From assembly GCA_040954595.2 (NCBI GenBank), contig CM082577.2:17243903-17307902 (forward strand): a DNA stretch of 64,000 bases, in the 5' to 3' direction. This document shows positions 26,901 to 43,135 of this stretch, in pieces (positions within the stretch are counted from its first letter, which is position 1; each line of letters opens with the position of its first letter). Both the position numbers and the translations under genes were made by a program. The DNA is from Balanoglossus misakiensis. Taxonomy: Eukaryota; Animalia; Hemichordata. The notes under the pieces are model-generated. The model made no database searches and was not told where the DNA came from. It worked only from the letters and a program-made list of their open reading frames with translations.

Positions 26901-29900
26901 TAGACTTGTTTATATAATGTGAAAAAGGAATATAATCATCCACATTGTCACTCAATATCAAAACGCTCACCATGTCTATTGATTAATTATGTTGAATTAC
27001 TATCCCATGTTTCGATGATCCACTCAGCTAATCAATGCCACTACGACACATGCAAGTTGGACCGCTCCATACCCGGGAACCTATCACTGTACAGTCATCG
27101 CTTACAACCAAGCCCTCGATCCATCAGTCCCTGTTTGTTCAGACGGCGTAACCATTGATGTGTCAGAGTCAAAACTAGGGGAGATAGATGTCACTAATCT
27201 AAGGACACATGGCGGTGTCATAACGGATAACAACCAAACAGTCTGGATGATAAATACGGATGGATATCGAAAAATAGTGACTGATCCTTCTGATGAATGC
27301 TGGTAAGTATTGGCAATGTTGGGAATATTTTTCACGCTCAGTTTACAATACTGAGGATGTTAGATTCACCCAGTCACATAATCCAGTCAACGTGTTACAA
27401 TTTCGAGGGGCCTCTCAAATGTTGTTGCAATTACAAAGAGGGAGTCAGTATTCAGTCAGATAAAAACAACTGTTTCTATAAAACTGTTATTGCAGTTTAT
27501 AACCCGTAAATATTAAATATTGATTCCAGGCAGCTTGCTCTTGCTGTGGACGATGTTACGTTATGGCCTCTATTGCGAAACCATGATGGCACGGTGAAGA
27601 ATGAAAGCGCTGGCGATGCTGAATGTATCAGAAGTGGACCCTTTCTGGATTACACGTTTTTGGTTAATGAAAATATGGTACGTACACAAATGGTAAAGCC
27701 TTTTAAATATTAAATATTTCACTCGGTAAGCATTGCTAACAGATGAGTGTAAGTGAATAGCAAATGCATGATCATTTTAGCCTAAATCAAAGATCATTAT
27801 TTTCTATATAATCCTACATCTGCAGCTGGTGGTCTCTTGGAAAGGAGCTGATGACGAGAGTGGCCTATATGATTACATGGTTGGTCTGAGTAGCACAGAT
27901 CAAGGACTGGATGCTGATATCCTACCTATGACGTCAACACATTCCCAATCAAGCTTTCTCACATATCACCCTAACCTAAACGAGGGTCTGGCATTTTACA
28001 TCATTGTCGAGTCGATAAACAGAGCGCAGATTACAACTACTAAGGTAATTTACCTGTCTGTAACAGACGGTTGCCGCAGGAGGGTGCTTTAACATGTCTC
28101 AAACGTCCACACGTACTTTGCCGATGAAGTTAATCCCTAAGCCGTTCTAGGTTGGGTCGGCAAAGCCATACCAAAGCTAAACCGTTCCAGGAGCACTACA
28201 CACCGTCAACACATGTTTTTTTAAAGACGGTATCGGATCTAAGACGTTTCAGAAATGTCTTAACGATCCCTGCGTGACCCCCATATTAAATACTAATTCA
28301 TGTTTTTATGCTGTTATTTTTAATGCAATATCACTCTCAAATACACGTACTTTCTCCATTCTTTTAATTCAGTTTACCTTTCTGGTATTCAATGTACAGT
28401 AACTTTCCACTTTATTTTTCGCTTGCGACTTCAGACAAGCTCTTTGCGGTCTTTTTCAAAATATGAGCACTTATGTTTGAAAGTCATTATAGCCTTAAAT
28501 CTATGTTCGAAAATATTTAGCCTCTTGACGTTACATTTTCCCTTGAGTACTAAAAACAGTCCTTGTAACAAAAAATTGTTCTATACCTTCAGGTTGTAGG
28601 CCCTATTATCGTCGAGGTAACTCCCCCGGAATTTGTAGGAACTATTTGGGTCCAATATGAAGAGCATGAAGGTCAGGAATACCTTGTAGCAAGATGGCAA
28701 GCAGAGGATTTCTTTGAAAAGGACGACCCGGAACCACTATCAGATTATAAAGTAGCAGTTGGTATGAAGGCCTGTTTGAGGGAAAATAAAAAAAAATACC
28801 GTGTTTTTTATAAATTACCTTTCGGGTATTGATTTTTGTTTACATGTTTATTTTTTCCCGTTGAAAGGAAACACGCCATACGGTACCCAACTGTTGGAAT
28901 TTACACCAATTACGGAGATTGACAATGCCATGTGTAACGAAACAACGCAGCCTTCATGTGTTGCCGTAGCAACATATACGTTGGATTGGGATCTCCATGG
29001 AGACCACACTTACTACATATCAATCCAAGTTGCCAATGCTGCTGGTTTAAGTGTAACTGCTACGTCAGAACCATACAGACATGTAATTGACTTGCCATCA
29101 ATCGGTGTTGTTCTGGATACCGTCAGTCCTGAAGAGTTCCACAATGTCTTTTGGGTGAGGAATGATCTCCAATATTTATTATCAGATTTTATTTCACTCT
29201 ACTATGTAACAACCTTAACCCCGGAAGAAAAAAATAACACATTATATAATTGTAATTGCAGGAGCTGCCAGACATAGATTACCAGTCTGTAGCAACAGAG
29301 ATACATTCTCGATGGTACGGGTTTGAACATCCCTACCAGGAAGTTATTTATGAAATCGCCATAGGTACATCACCTGGGAATGAAGACATCATGAAGTTCT
29401 TAGACGTTGGTGTACAAACCCAACATTCTGTTTATGGCATAAGCTTGGGTTCTTATCAGGTAAAATTTGTATTGGCCTTGTCAGAAAAAACTGAGCATTG
29501 TTAACTTTATAACTACTCCCTGTTTATATTAATTTTCAAAGGGTTTCAATTTAATTTCTATACCTAGTTACTCAGCTTGTGTAATACCAGTAGTTATTTT
29601 TGCAGTGCGTTACCAAAATATCTTAAATTAAATAATGCTGACACTGATGCCCAACTTGTCCTATAGTTTGCCTGGTAATGATGCATTTCGAAATGTTTCT
29701 TCAAACCTAGAAATATTTTGTCACTGTGAGAGCAACATCCGAATCCGGCAGCGTGGTGGCAAGTTCAGATGGAGTAACTGTTATCGAAAGTAATGATGTT
29801 ATTGAAGACGCTGTGGTTTTCGATGGTCATGTATGCGACGAGAAAGGTAACATAAAGAATAGCATCGAGCATAGTTGGCCGTTGAGCGGCGATTATTTCG

Positions 29901-32900
29901 GCCTATAAAGGTGAAAGAACTTCAGACTTTGACTTGTAACGTCATCATGTACAGACGGAATTCAAAAAGCAAGCATTCAATGTTCTGTCAATTATGTTCA
30001 CTTGTTTCAAGTCTGAAAATATTTAAAGTTTATTGTGTGTGATCATTACCAGTCTTATTTCCGTTTTGTTTCATTTTTTGTCACACGGTGAAGAAACTAG
30101 TGATGTTTATTTCAATAATACACATCATGACCATACCCGCCGATCTTCGTGTAACAATGATATCGATTACCAAGCCTCTACGTCTACAGTAATAGCTCAC
30201 TGGGTGTTACCCAATGAAACGTTGCAGTACATCACTTTTATCGAAGTGGGCATCGAGAGGGAGGATTCTGAGAACGGGTGAGTGATTGGTCATCGTTTAC
30301 ACTATGTGTTGTTGACGTGTTGGAAGCCAGACAATGCACATGTTTCGTGCAGTCGTTCAGATAGTGAACGCCAATGCCAATGGATCAGACCAAGGTGGTG
30401 TGGGTCACGACGCCACTTCCGGTTTAACCCGCTCTTCATGAGCAAAACATGGACGGCCAAGCAGTGTGTAGCTTTCTGTGCGCAATCGACTTATGTTTTC
30501 GTAGGTTATGTAAAGGAAATTCCGTTTGAACGAAAAACCAATCCGATTTTTATAAGTTCATGTGTCTTAGCATCGTTCTATAAGGAAAGTACTATCGATT
30601 TTGTTCCGAGTCGTGATTTTTTTGGTGCTTTTTCACTCCGTGTGTCAGCTGGCATCATGGCGTATTGTTGCCAAGGATCTAGTCTCGGCTATCCAGACCC
30701 CCTGCTTCTTCCGTTGGGCACTCCAGAAAGAGGGTCTGGGGAAATGCCATATACAAATCTCCGGGCAAAGATGGCCGACTTGAGACAAAAGCGATACATG
30801 CTGATAAGTGCTGGACCTGCTAAAACTGTCTACAAATTGAAACGAGAGTGAGAGTTTTGGTAAATAGTTTTCTAATATCGTCATATCATAAATATCAAAT
30901 GTTACAAATGTCGACCATCGTGCATCGCTTTTGTCTCACGTCGGCCATCTTTGCCCGGAGAATTGTCTATGGCGTTTCCCCACACCCTCTTTCTGGAGTG
31001 CCCAACGGAAGAAGCAGGGGGTCTGGGCAACCGAGACTACCAACGATCGTACTCGGGCGACGTAGTTTGAAGGTAGCAGGCAGACTAAACAGTGGGCGCA
31101 CAGCTTTGTTATGTGTATATTTTGAAAGACTAATGTGCATGAAATTGCATAGGAGCCCCAAAGCGCCCCCTTTTATTTTATCGATTTCATCGTATTTAGA
31201 AACTATAATATCTCGTAGGCGCCTAACACATCCCTTCCGTATGTGAAGGCCATGTTGATTGAAATATACTGTAATATTTTAGATTAAACTAATACAGTCA
31301 ACACGTTCCTGAAAAAGACCAACGACATTCCGCTCGCTTCGGCACCATTCCAGTGGCAGTAAAATTTTCTTTCAAGCACTTCCATATGATATTTTGTGTG
31401 GTAGTTAAGGACACGCGCCGTTTGACTTGCGTAGCTAACCACATATTTACGACATACGTGTATTTCTTGTACTCACTGTGCGTACAATTTAAGAAAAATT
31501 GTTTGGTTTTCGTTAATTTGTGGTTTGTTATGTGATTTTTTTAATGCTGTACATATGCACCTACGCACCGTCGGCGTATGCGCATAGCCCCGCGGCCAGT
31601 ACATCGAACCGAATAGACGGTTAAAAACGTCAAGCGAGCCAAAAATATCACAGAGAACGAAATTGTTACCAATCTGTGCACAACTAAATGTCCGGTGTCC
31701 CCAAAATCGAAAATATACTACGTAAAAGGTTCAAAGAAACTTATGTTGGAACGCCCATGGTGCTTTGCGCGTGAGCCACACCACCTTGATCAGACCTATG
31801 GGCATCGACCCGTCCAATACTGGCAACCACTTGATGTAGATTCTGAACCATAAACTGTGATCTTAGATATGAAACGAGAGGCGATCACGTAAGTTTGCAA
31901 AATAAAGGTCTCCATCAAGGGCACACAGTTAGCAAAGTGTAGGGATTGTCATATATACGTGCTCTGATAAATTGCCAAATAAAAATGAGCTGTTTGCGTG
32001 TTTAGCTAGCGAAGTTACATGTAATCAAAACAGACCACGCATTTATTTCTGACATTGCCAACTACAGTCAGATCCCATATGGTCTAGTGGTTAGGATTTG
32101 GCGCTCACCGCCAAGGCCCGGGTTCAATTCCCGGTGTGGGAACATTTTCCTTTTGTCTTCGAAAATGATTTAACAATAGACCGGGGTGATCAATGTTTCC
32201 CAAACTTTTTTTTTTCATGAGGTTGAATGCTGTACTTTCAAATGCAAATTCAGACATTGCTTGTTTTTTTACCTGATTGTTACATAATATTCGTACCCAA
32301 ACTCGCCCCCTGATTTCCTTGCAGCTCGACATGGAACATCGTTAACCAGTATGAACGGATGCATGTTAATAAGCACGCACAGTTCACTGGACTAAATCTA
32401 ATTCCCGGAGATCACTACCGAACAATTGTTAAGTTCTGTCATCCTGACGGGTGTTTCCAACCAGTACACAGTGATGGATTCTGGGTAACGCCATATCCAC
32501 CAATTTCAGAAGGAATTCACAGCATTTTCTATAATGGGTAGGCATAACATTTTACGTACTAACATGACTATTCTATTACAGTACAGTAAAGTACAGTGCA
32601 GTACAGTACAGGACATGACAGCGATGCATACACACATACATACATACATACATACATACATACATACATACATACATACATACATACATACATACATACA
32701 TACATACATACATACATACATACATACATACATACATACATACATACATACATACATGCATACATACATACATACATACATACATACATACATACATACA
32801 TTGTAAAGCGCATTGCTGTAATACGCTATATAAAGATCGTTAATTTTACTCCATTTAATACTTCATTTAATTCATTACGCAACATGAGGATTTCCGCGTT

Positions 32901-35900
32901 GGGGAATTAAATGATTAATATTATCATAATAAATTACGTGCGGTTTTACATTTCTCCTTCGCAGGTCGACAGAACTGAAATTCACTTGGATAGAATTTCT
33001 AAATATTGAAGTGTCTGACAAATTGGAAAGTACCGAATACATGGATTACCATGAGTGGAACATTGCTGTCGACACTAAATCTTCCACGCATGGTGACTTT
33101 TTATATCGATGGCAACAAGTGACCAATCCACTCTACCGTGAAAATAAGGTAAAGTTGTTCCCAAAATATTCATTACGTTTGTCCACGCATTACGATCATC
33201 CAGTCTTTAAATTGTAAAATTGCAAGTGATATTTGTCTGCAATTTCTACCTCCATTTTTATTGATGACGTTCTAATGGCGAGATATTAAAGGAACAAAAT
33301 TCATTTAATTTTCAATGCTTATATGCATTGCGCCCGCTAAAAACTGAGGTGAAGGTCGACGGTTCATTTGGTATTTTCCAACGTGTAATTAGAGCATAGC
33401 TTACTTGAAATTGTGTAGTCAAATGCCTCTTACGACAGATTGTATGAAAATAATATCTTCATTCCATTTAGCTCACCTACTCAGCTAGTTTGGAAGACAA
33501 GCTCGTTTTCTCAGAATGCCTCTATCTTGCCATACGTGGCCACAACAAAGCTGGATTGTATTCAACGATCTATCAAGAAATATATGACTGTGACTCTATC
33601 TATCCGAAATACATTGTTCCAAATGTCGTCATAGATGCTGTTGGCGAATCGGACAACCAAGGAGATGTGGCGTAAGTAGGTTGTGATCATAGTCCATATA
33701 GTTTTCAGGTGGGTTTTTATAGTTAATGTATTGTATACAATACTATTAATACATTACAAATGTGATTTCTCAACAGGGATATCCACTTGGAAGTGAACAG
33801 TGACTGGCACCATTCAGACGAAGAGTACACACTGTCAAAGCATAAGCTGTCAGCCGTTTGGCCATCGCTACATTATGAGGAATATCAATGGAAAGTTGTT
33901 TCTGACGACGCCATCAGACGCTGGGCATATACAGAACCCGATGACGTGTTAGATTACCATACATTTCTTTGCGGCTCACCCGAAGTCTTAGAATGCGGGA
34001 AAACAAATGTAAGTTTATTTTGTTTATATCTCTCCTTTTTATCTTCTGGGTGGCAAACCAAGTTTTTTGCGGTCGGCAATGATAATTTTATGTACATATT
34101 GAACAATGAGGCAGCGTTGACTAAAATGAATCATGTTACATAATTTGTATAAATTACTAATCAATTTCACGCTCTGGTTGCAGGATAACTTCGTTAATGT
34201 TCATAGTCTGAAACTTCAACATGGTCAACGATACTATATTTGCATATATGCAAATAAAAGTGTGTCAGATAGCGAGGACACTTCCAACCATGCACCAGAG
34301 ATATCAGAATGTTCAAATGGAATTACGGTAGATTGGTCAACACCAACAGCCGGTAAAACTTGGATTGGATGGCCGGGCATGCAATATCAGGTTGTTTTGC
34401 CATTTCTATCTTCAAATGAACATAATTAAGCATCTATTTGACCAAACTTCGTATCTAATTATATTTTCGGTCATATTTAGCTTATTCATTTTGGTGGCGT
34501 ACATCTCAAACGTTCTCTTATTTTTTTTTTTATCTTTTCGTGCTTTCTCTATAGTTTGATACTCGCCTAACTCGCGCGTGTCTATTTTACAGACATCAAC
34601 GTCACATCTGCTCATCAACTGGGAAAGTTTTGTTGATGTTGAAGAATCAGGGCAAACGTCACATGACAGTGGTATAAGGAAGTATGAAGTGGCTGTGGGT
34701 AAGTAATTTCAATAGGATGAGGGTGTTAACGGTATAAGGTCACCTCTTGTAAAAAACAAACATGTCTAAGTGTTTAAATGACCATGGGTGTCACCCACTG
34801 AAAATAAGTGATTGGCTATTGAATTTTCGATTGTAGCAGTGGTTAAATTTGCGTGAGTGGCCGTATGTACCTACAATCGTGTTTCCCTACAGGAACGTCT
34901 CCAAACGGTGTAGACATACAAGAATTCATTGATGTTGGCATCGCTAATTGGGTCTTCCTTCCCACGCCGTTGCTACAGCCTGGCTCTACGTGTTATGCTA
35001 CAGTGAAAGGTAATACATTTAGCCTTTATAGAATTGATTGATTATGCAACTATGTCACTCGAGAGAAAAATATATGGTTCTTGTTTCCCTTTGGTCAACC
35101 AAATCCGTCAACTATGAAAGTCTCCGAATCACTTTTCAGTATTCAAAATAAACCTTCCTAAGTTGGTGAATCGATTTATTCTTGTTTGTTTTTTGTTATT
35201 GTTTTCCAATTATTGTTTTATTTCTAACTTCTATAGGTATCGACTTTGTCGGTTTGTCTACTGAGGCCATATCACCTGGTGTCACAATAGACACAACGCC
35301 GCCTTTAATGACAGAGGCAACCATTCATGTAGGAGGCGGATATCAGCAATCGGCGACTACTTTGAGTGCATCATGGGAACGCGTGTTTCGTGATACAGAA
35401 AGTGGTAAGTCGTCTGTCCCATTTATCTAAATATCTGGCAGTTGTTGTTTTTCGTCTCTTACCAGCACACCTATAACCATATACATGTACACTTTCCACG
35501 CCTAAGAATGTTAACACCAAAGTCCAACAACTTAGACAGAGCTATCGAAGAAACCACACATTCATTGTTTTATGTTTGTGTCCTGGTAAAGTCGACATTC
35601 CCCCTTCAATGTAATTTCCTTAAAAACGAATATCGTAGCTTTATAATGTACAGTTACTCGAAAATTAGTCACCGTGGTTTTTTCTTACTCTGTTTGCAGT
35701 CATTTCATTCTATGAGTGGGGTATAGGTTCCAAACCCGGTGGAACAGACGTGTTTCCTTTCATCGTGACAAATGATGAGCAGGGAACCGCATATGGACTA
35801 GATTTACGCGATGGACATGCATATTATGTTTCTGTTAGGGTAAGAAAACTGTGTGAGAGACTGATAGTTTAAAGGGACAAAGTCTCTCTCTCGCCGCCCC

Positions 35901-38900
35901 TTTTCCATTAATTACGTTTGATACAAGATACCGTTCATGTTAATGTACATGTGGATAAATAGTGAGTGAACGTTCAACCACGCACACATTCGATCCCGCT
36001 TGCAGACACGAAAGTGAAAAAATCATCAAAATGAATAATCGGTCTCTACCATTTATTCATTTTGGGCGGGTTTTCACTCTCATGTCTTACAATCGGGATG
36101 GAAGATGTATGTGGTTGAATGTTCACTCACTATTTATCCACATGTACATTAACGTGAACGATGTCTTGTATAAAAAAAATAATTAGTGGAAAAAAGGCAG
36201 AGAGAGAGAGACTTCGTCTCTCTAATTATAGACATATCCATAAACTTTAAACACAATATCACCAGAGAATACTCTTTTTGGCCACAACACCCCATATAAT
36301 ACCTGTCACGGTGTGAATTTTGCCAGAGGGGGTCAAAAATGGCACACAGATAGATATAAATGCCCCGATAACAGCCACTTGTAAAACATTTTAATCAATA
36401 ACATATTGCAAGCTTCTGTTACCCCAAATTGACATATGACCATTTACAATAGTGGATGGCTGAATAAGCGAGTGCTGTACCATTATTTCAAGTAACTTGT
36501 ACATATGTAGATATACAGCGACAATCGAGGGTTGATCATATATGTGTATACCCATCCGTTAGCACATCTAAATGGACCATTCGTAGCGTGAAAACTCATG
36601 GAAATAATGCAAAATATGCTTGCCAATTAAATAATTAGGGCTTACAGTTAAGGTATGGTTTGTACACACAGGCACACAACGGCGCTGGACTGAATAGCGT
36701 GGCAACTTCTTGGGGCATAGTGATTGACTCGTCGCCACCGCAGGCTGGCAACGTGTTTGACGGAAGGTACAATAACACTAACATCCAGAAGGACATCGAT
36801 TTCCAGGTAAAGAAACATTTTCAGAAAATAATTTCAGGGGTTGCACTCCTATGTCGAAGTGTCGGAGACAAATTAATTAAATTGATGTCATGTTCGTAAA
36901 TTCTTGTCATTGGATTACAAAACAATCATGGAAAGTATTTCTTACGAGTATGAGTATCAAATTCCACTACATAACGTGAATACAAAAACACTGTCCTTAA
37001 ACGAACACCACACCTCGGTTGATTCTATCTGCACTTATTAGCTACACATTCATCTGATTAAACTCATATGTAGAGTTCGGCGATGTCTTTAATTTTGCCG
37101 ATTCTTGGCTGTGAGAACAGCCAAGAAGACAGAGAACAGAAGAGCAAAATCACTGATATTGTGGTCTCTGTCTAACTAAATGCACAATTGTTAAATTAAT
37201 GTTCAAAACACTCCTTATATTCCAAAAAGTACACGTCTATTCTAAAAGTGGACCAGTATAACATTTATTTATAAAGAATTCATTCTGCTAAATTCCAGAG
37301 CTAACCATTTTTTGGGGGTGGGGGTTATCTACTTCCCTGGGTATGATATTTTTGTTTCAAGTTCATTTTGTGTTGTTATTCGTCAGACAAACATGGACTC
37401 ATTCAATGCGTATTGGGAAAGATTCAGAGATCCACACACAACGATCGTTGAATATAAATGGTGCATTGGTACATGTGCAGGCTGTGATGACGTTATGCAA
37501 GAACAGAATGTTGGAATAAGAACTGGTGAGATTGACAATGAAATAGACGTTTATTGGCAGAACCATAAAAAACATTAAGTTGTTAAATAGAACCCCCATT
37601 TTGATAGAAATATGTATATTATCAAAACATTTACGTAATCCACGTATTCGTCGTATATACGCAGCTTACCAGTGTCACGTACTACAAAGTCAACTTACAA
37701 ACTTATAACGTGATTTCGAAAAAACTAGTAATTTTATATACGTTTTATATTAACTTCTGTCCAAACTTATATATTGAAAAATTGTGCACGGAAAGACTCA
37801 ACATTGTGTTATTCTGATTTTACTAGACGTAGAAGCAGGGCACCTTAACTTGCAACCAGGGGTGCGTTACTATTCCACTGTAACCGCGTGTAATGCAGCA
37901 GGGTTGTGTACAACGGTTTCTTCTGATGGCGTTATTCCTGACGATTCACCACCTATAGCAGGAATTATATTCGATGGACCAAATGATGGTGACAGGGTGT
38001 ACCAGGCTTCCAGGTAATTTCCTGTTTTTGTTGGTTTTGGGTGTTTGTTATAACTCTATCATTTGTTTTGTACGATATTTCTCCAATTAGAGTTGTTTTA
38101 ATGCTAAACTTGTTTGACTGTACATTGCAGGGAGAGACTAGCTGTTCACTGGTATAACTTCCATGACTATCACAGCCAATTATCGCACTATGAATTCAGA
38201 GTTGGGACCCTACCCGGTGGAGATGACGTCTTGCCCGCCAGACCGCTTCATATCACAGAAGAAGTGTACATTCCCAAACTTGAGAATCCGTTACCTGTCG
38301 GCATTCCCATCTTCAGCACAATAAAAGCTGTAAACAAAGCAGGTATGTCTGAGCAGGATTAACATAAACACAGTCACTGAAAAAATATCGAACTTTAATA
38401 TTATTATTTTACATTTGGTATTTGCAAGGTTCCGAGAAACGAAATTTTAACTTTTAGTTCAATTATTACTACATGAAGTATGATGCCGCATAGACTGTAA
38501 GATGTAGTCGTGTGCGGGCGCTCACCAAGCTTGACTCTTTTAGTCCAGACACCATACACCACAATTACACAACATATTTAAAAACAAATGCGCGTCTTGT
38601 CTTTTAAAAGGCTTATCAGTGGAAAGGTCGTCCAACGGTTTGACTGTTGATGTGTCGGCCCCACTTGTTTTGAAGGACGTGACCTTTGACCACGGTTTAG
38701 GTTCCATTCTGGAGGGATCCCAGGTATGTCATATTACGTACACCTCAACATCGAACTCTGTACAATAAGTGAAAATTACATGAAAACTTTGTGTCTTAAC
38801 ATATGGAAGTCTATGATCATGATGATACTAATAATCACTGTTTGTTGGATTTCACACTAAGGTTACATATTCTATGGAAAACGTTAAAGTGGCCACCTTA

Positions 38901-41900
38901 GCCTTGAACAAATATGCTGAGTGAAGTTCTTAACACTATACTTTTGTTTGAATTCACATTAAAGGTTTGGAGAAGTCTTTTGAGAGTGACATGGAAATTT
39001 CATGACCCTGAGAGCCCCATCCAAAAACAAATCCTCTCTGTTTTCACTCATCATCAATCACACTTGGACATACCGTCGGTTGAGGTGAGTGGCAACAATG
39101 TGCAATCATCCCTTGTGCGCAACGACAAAGGCATTTTTTGGTGAAATCCATTCAAATTCACACTTTGCCACACTTTACTTAAAAAATAGTCTAAGCTACC
39201 AATAATACATCAAACACTAAAAGAAGAATGGCCACAAGGAAGGAGACGAGAAATATCTTATAAATGGCATGTTTGATAGAAAACGGGTGGATAATGCTTT
39301 TATGAATGTATTTGTCGAAAAACCATGGTCACTGCACACATGGCTGAATATTGAACAGAATACTGGGGTGTTTGTAGATACTATCGGTAGGAGGGTGTCT
39401 CAATTTTCACTGTTGTTTGATGTGGCCTTGGCAGTGAAATTTATTTATTATCCTGAGTTACTTTCCTATCTTGTCTCATGTGTGAATTTCTTGACTGGCT
39501 TACAGCTTTCCGGAAGTGAAACCAAATACACATTTACAGACCTATCGATGGACGACGGTGATACATATTATGTCAAAGTAGTTGCCTGTAATGCAGCGCT
39601 GTTATGTAATTCAACTGCAACTGACGGATTATTGGTGCGTAAAACTGGTAGTTAATTTTGTTTGGCTAAACGTTATGCTTAGAGCTCTGGCTTTAATGCA
39701 AAATAGTCAGCGCAACTTTCATATCTTCACTTGATATGTGCGACAAAACATGACGATACCGCGTATAGTCACACGGAAACTCCTTATTTAAGGAAAATGG
39801 ACGGTAGAATTCTTGTTCAGTGTATGTTACTAATGTTGCTATACTAGACTTTATTTCATTCTGTAGATTCTTCTAAACTTTTAGTAGTCACATTCGTCAA
39901 TGGATACCATGTTTAGTAGAAAATAAATAAGTCAAAGACGGACTGTGCGACGTCAAATGAGCCTTTTTATTCACATTTACTTATTCAGGTCGACGCTACA
40001 CCACCAACCGTTGGTACATTTGCAACAGAGACAAATCACTCCGCAGACTTATCACGACATCAGGATGGTTGGATGACCTATCAACAAAGCACAAATGATA
40101 CCAATGCTCAAGTGAAACTGGCGTGGCTTGGCTTCTCAGATATGCATTCAGAAATATCACATTATTACGCAACAATTGGATTGGTTTACAGTGGACGGGA
40201 GCTTACTCCAGTAAGTAAACACTTCTACCCCCAAAATGTCGTTTCTAATGTGTTCACAATCTGTAAAAAATGGGTTGTACATATTTTCCAGGGTACTCTC
40301 ATTTTAACAAGACGGTAAGGATATTATGTTATCTCATTTCAATACTGACGTTGTATCAGATGATGATGAGATGCAAACACAAACATGTTTGTTTTCCAAC
40401 ATTTCTTATGTTGATCCAGACTGGCCCACACATGTTGGAACATCAAGATGGCGAGTCTTACAGAGACGAAGGGTCTATTCAAACAGGGATAGTCCCGATT
40501 AACAGGGATCTGACGCCAGGGGAATTTATATACATCACTTTATGGGCTTTAAATGGGGTATGTTGTTGTTTCTTTAACATATCGCTGGCAGATAGAACAT
40601 GGACATGACATGCTGTTGAAAACCCTATGTTATGAACACGGTTACACCTTTCCAATTTCCAACAATAACAAATGTGCGTTTTGGAAGTAATGTATCTAAC
40701 TTCCATCAAATTTAAAGCGATATTTCATCACGTTTGTTTGTTATACATTAAGGTTGGAATGAGAAGTATGGAAGCACATGATACATTTGAAGTTGTAAGA
40801 TCTAATGACTGCGAAGGAATTCTCGTGGAAATGAGGCGCTGTTCATCGCAAACGTGCCAAGGAGACTGCACATGCGCACCACAATATCAACTTTGTGATG
40901 GGAACGAGGATCTTTGCATAAACGGTTGGTTAACATATTTATACTTTTAAGTCATAGCTTTTTTTATTGAAAGCTCAAAGATGCTTTCCTTATTCGGTAT
41001 TGCGCAAAACCGTTGCCGTAAAGAGGTCTGTTGTTTGCGACCTTGCATATTACACCAGTCAGCCGATTTTAATACCCATGATTCGACAGCTCATCCAATG
41101 GTGCATAATATACTTGTTCCTTTCGTTAAACTCAATGCATTCAGGTAATAGTGACTACGAACAGGTTGAAGTGGTCGACATCGTCGATTATCGTGCGACC
41201 GAATTGGAACATGACGATATCGATTACACACCCTCCGCATGTGCGTTGGCAGCCGTCTGGACAACATCAAATCCAAACGGTGGTATGTGCATATTTACAC
41301 GTTTTAAGGCAACGGTGGTCAAACGGCAACTGTACGTGTTCAACTTTTTCGGCAACTTTTGAGTTTGTACTAAACACGACAGTACTCGGCAAACCTAATA
41401 AAAAAACAATGTTAAAATCGTGACCGATGTCGAATTTCAGCTACATGCAAAACTAAAAACACATGATGTATGCCATATCATCGCCTATGACGTACATTAA
41501 ATTTTATTATTTTAATGTTGGTATGGTCCAAGCTTGCACGCATTAGAACTAGTACTCCTTAAACAGTTTATTTTTCCTGTGAGTGGTCTGTCATCATGCA
41601 CACCGTCATACTAAAAATTTACTCTTGCAATATAGGCAATCGGGTGACACGATGCGAATGGAGTGCAGGAAAGAATGGAAGCGCTCCCGGAACGGGTCTC
41701 TTCGATCTTGCTTATGACCGTGTCTGGTACGATGTGGGTCTAGAAACTGGTGCCATACTGTTACAGAAACGTGATTCTTGTGAGTGTCGATCTTTAAGTA
41801 CAATTATGATGCACATAAATGTCAGTTGGGAAATCGTCGTCATACTTTGTAAAAACACATGCTACTATGTAGATAAGAATACAAAGTTTATGATTATTTA

Positions 41901-43086
41901 TTTAGACAGAGACGGACGGAGGTATAGGAAAATTGGATGGGTTGGCTCCCTCAGTAGAATGATTTCAATAATGAACTTTTAATTACCGTTCCAGGACAGT
42001 TATTCTCTGGATATTTACTCGCCAGACACTTGCCATACCGTGGCATTTTAACTAAAGCTAATGTGAATGCGTGGGTGGGTGGGAAATGTCCAGATAAATA
42101 ACCGTAGAAACAAGCGTTTCACAGTAAGCTTGGTTAGGTGCCACAAATAGAACGTTATAGGCATATGTAAATATGACTTTGTTATTATGGCAGATCCTTT
42201 GGAAAATGGTGTGCGGTACGTCTTCTACGTCAAGGCCTGGTACAGCGAGGACACATATACCATATTTTCCTCTGATGGCATCGAGGTCCAATTCATTGCC
42301 CCAACAGTGTCCGAATCGAGACATGTACGTATGTGATAACGTTTGTACACCGTTTCTTTTGTTGCATGATGTCGAAAGTTTTTTTTTGTGTAAGTGAAAT
42401 ATTGAAAGGCGTCCGCTTTGTCAAATAGGTTAAGGATTTACACAGTTTATCTGAGCCAGTGGATATGGACTACACGACATCAACCGATACCTTGGGAGTT
42501 TCCTGGAAGAATGTTTTCAATGGTGACATCGCTTTCTTTGAAGTGTCTGTCAGTACATACCAAGGAGGTACGTTGATTATGTTTCCATTTCAATGACTAC
42601 CGTAAGATCTAGCACAGAGATTTCTAAACATTTCGCATACAATGAAAACTCGCCAACAAGAGTGTACGTTTTACTACAGTGACTATTCTCACAGTTGATC
42701 ATAAAGGTATAACAAATTCTATTTCATTTTGATGGTTTTGGGGTGACAAGCATTTAATCGCAACAGCGCATGTGGTAATGATAACCACTGATAGACTCAC
42801 CAACGACACGAATACACATTTAACGTATTACCGTATTTTCAGGAGAGGATATCAGAGCTTACAACCGTTCACGTCACACAGCAGCTGAATATGAGGTTTG
42901 GTTTACTGATCTTGTTCTGGAATCTGGCGTTCGATATTATGCAAATGTTTTGGCTTATACACATTCGGGACTTTATGCAAGTGCTTCCTCAGACGGCATT
43001 TTGGTAAGTGTTAACATAAACAACACCTGGCCCATCACCAAAATTAAGAACAACAACAACAACGAAGACGACAACAATAATAGTAT

Positions 43087-43135
<49 letters not shown>

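Noticed and set aside
30282-31246. 189-aa and 132-aa ORFs in intron 25
   Set aside because: They run across nested palindromic MITEs and have no recognisable domain.
32073-32142. tRNA-Sec or opal suppressor (TCA in the loop)
   Set aside because: No long variable arm or Sec-type stems. The body is clearly tRNA-Glu and the loop is only 5 nt.
32506-32910. ORFs with MYVC/HTYI repeats (also 53562-54040, and the HSLT-repeat ORFs at 2373-2811)
   Set aside because: These are translations of microsatellites.
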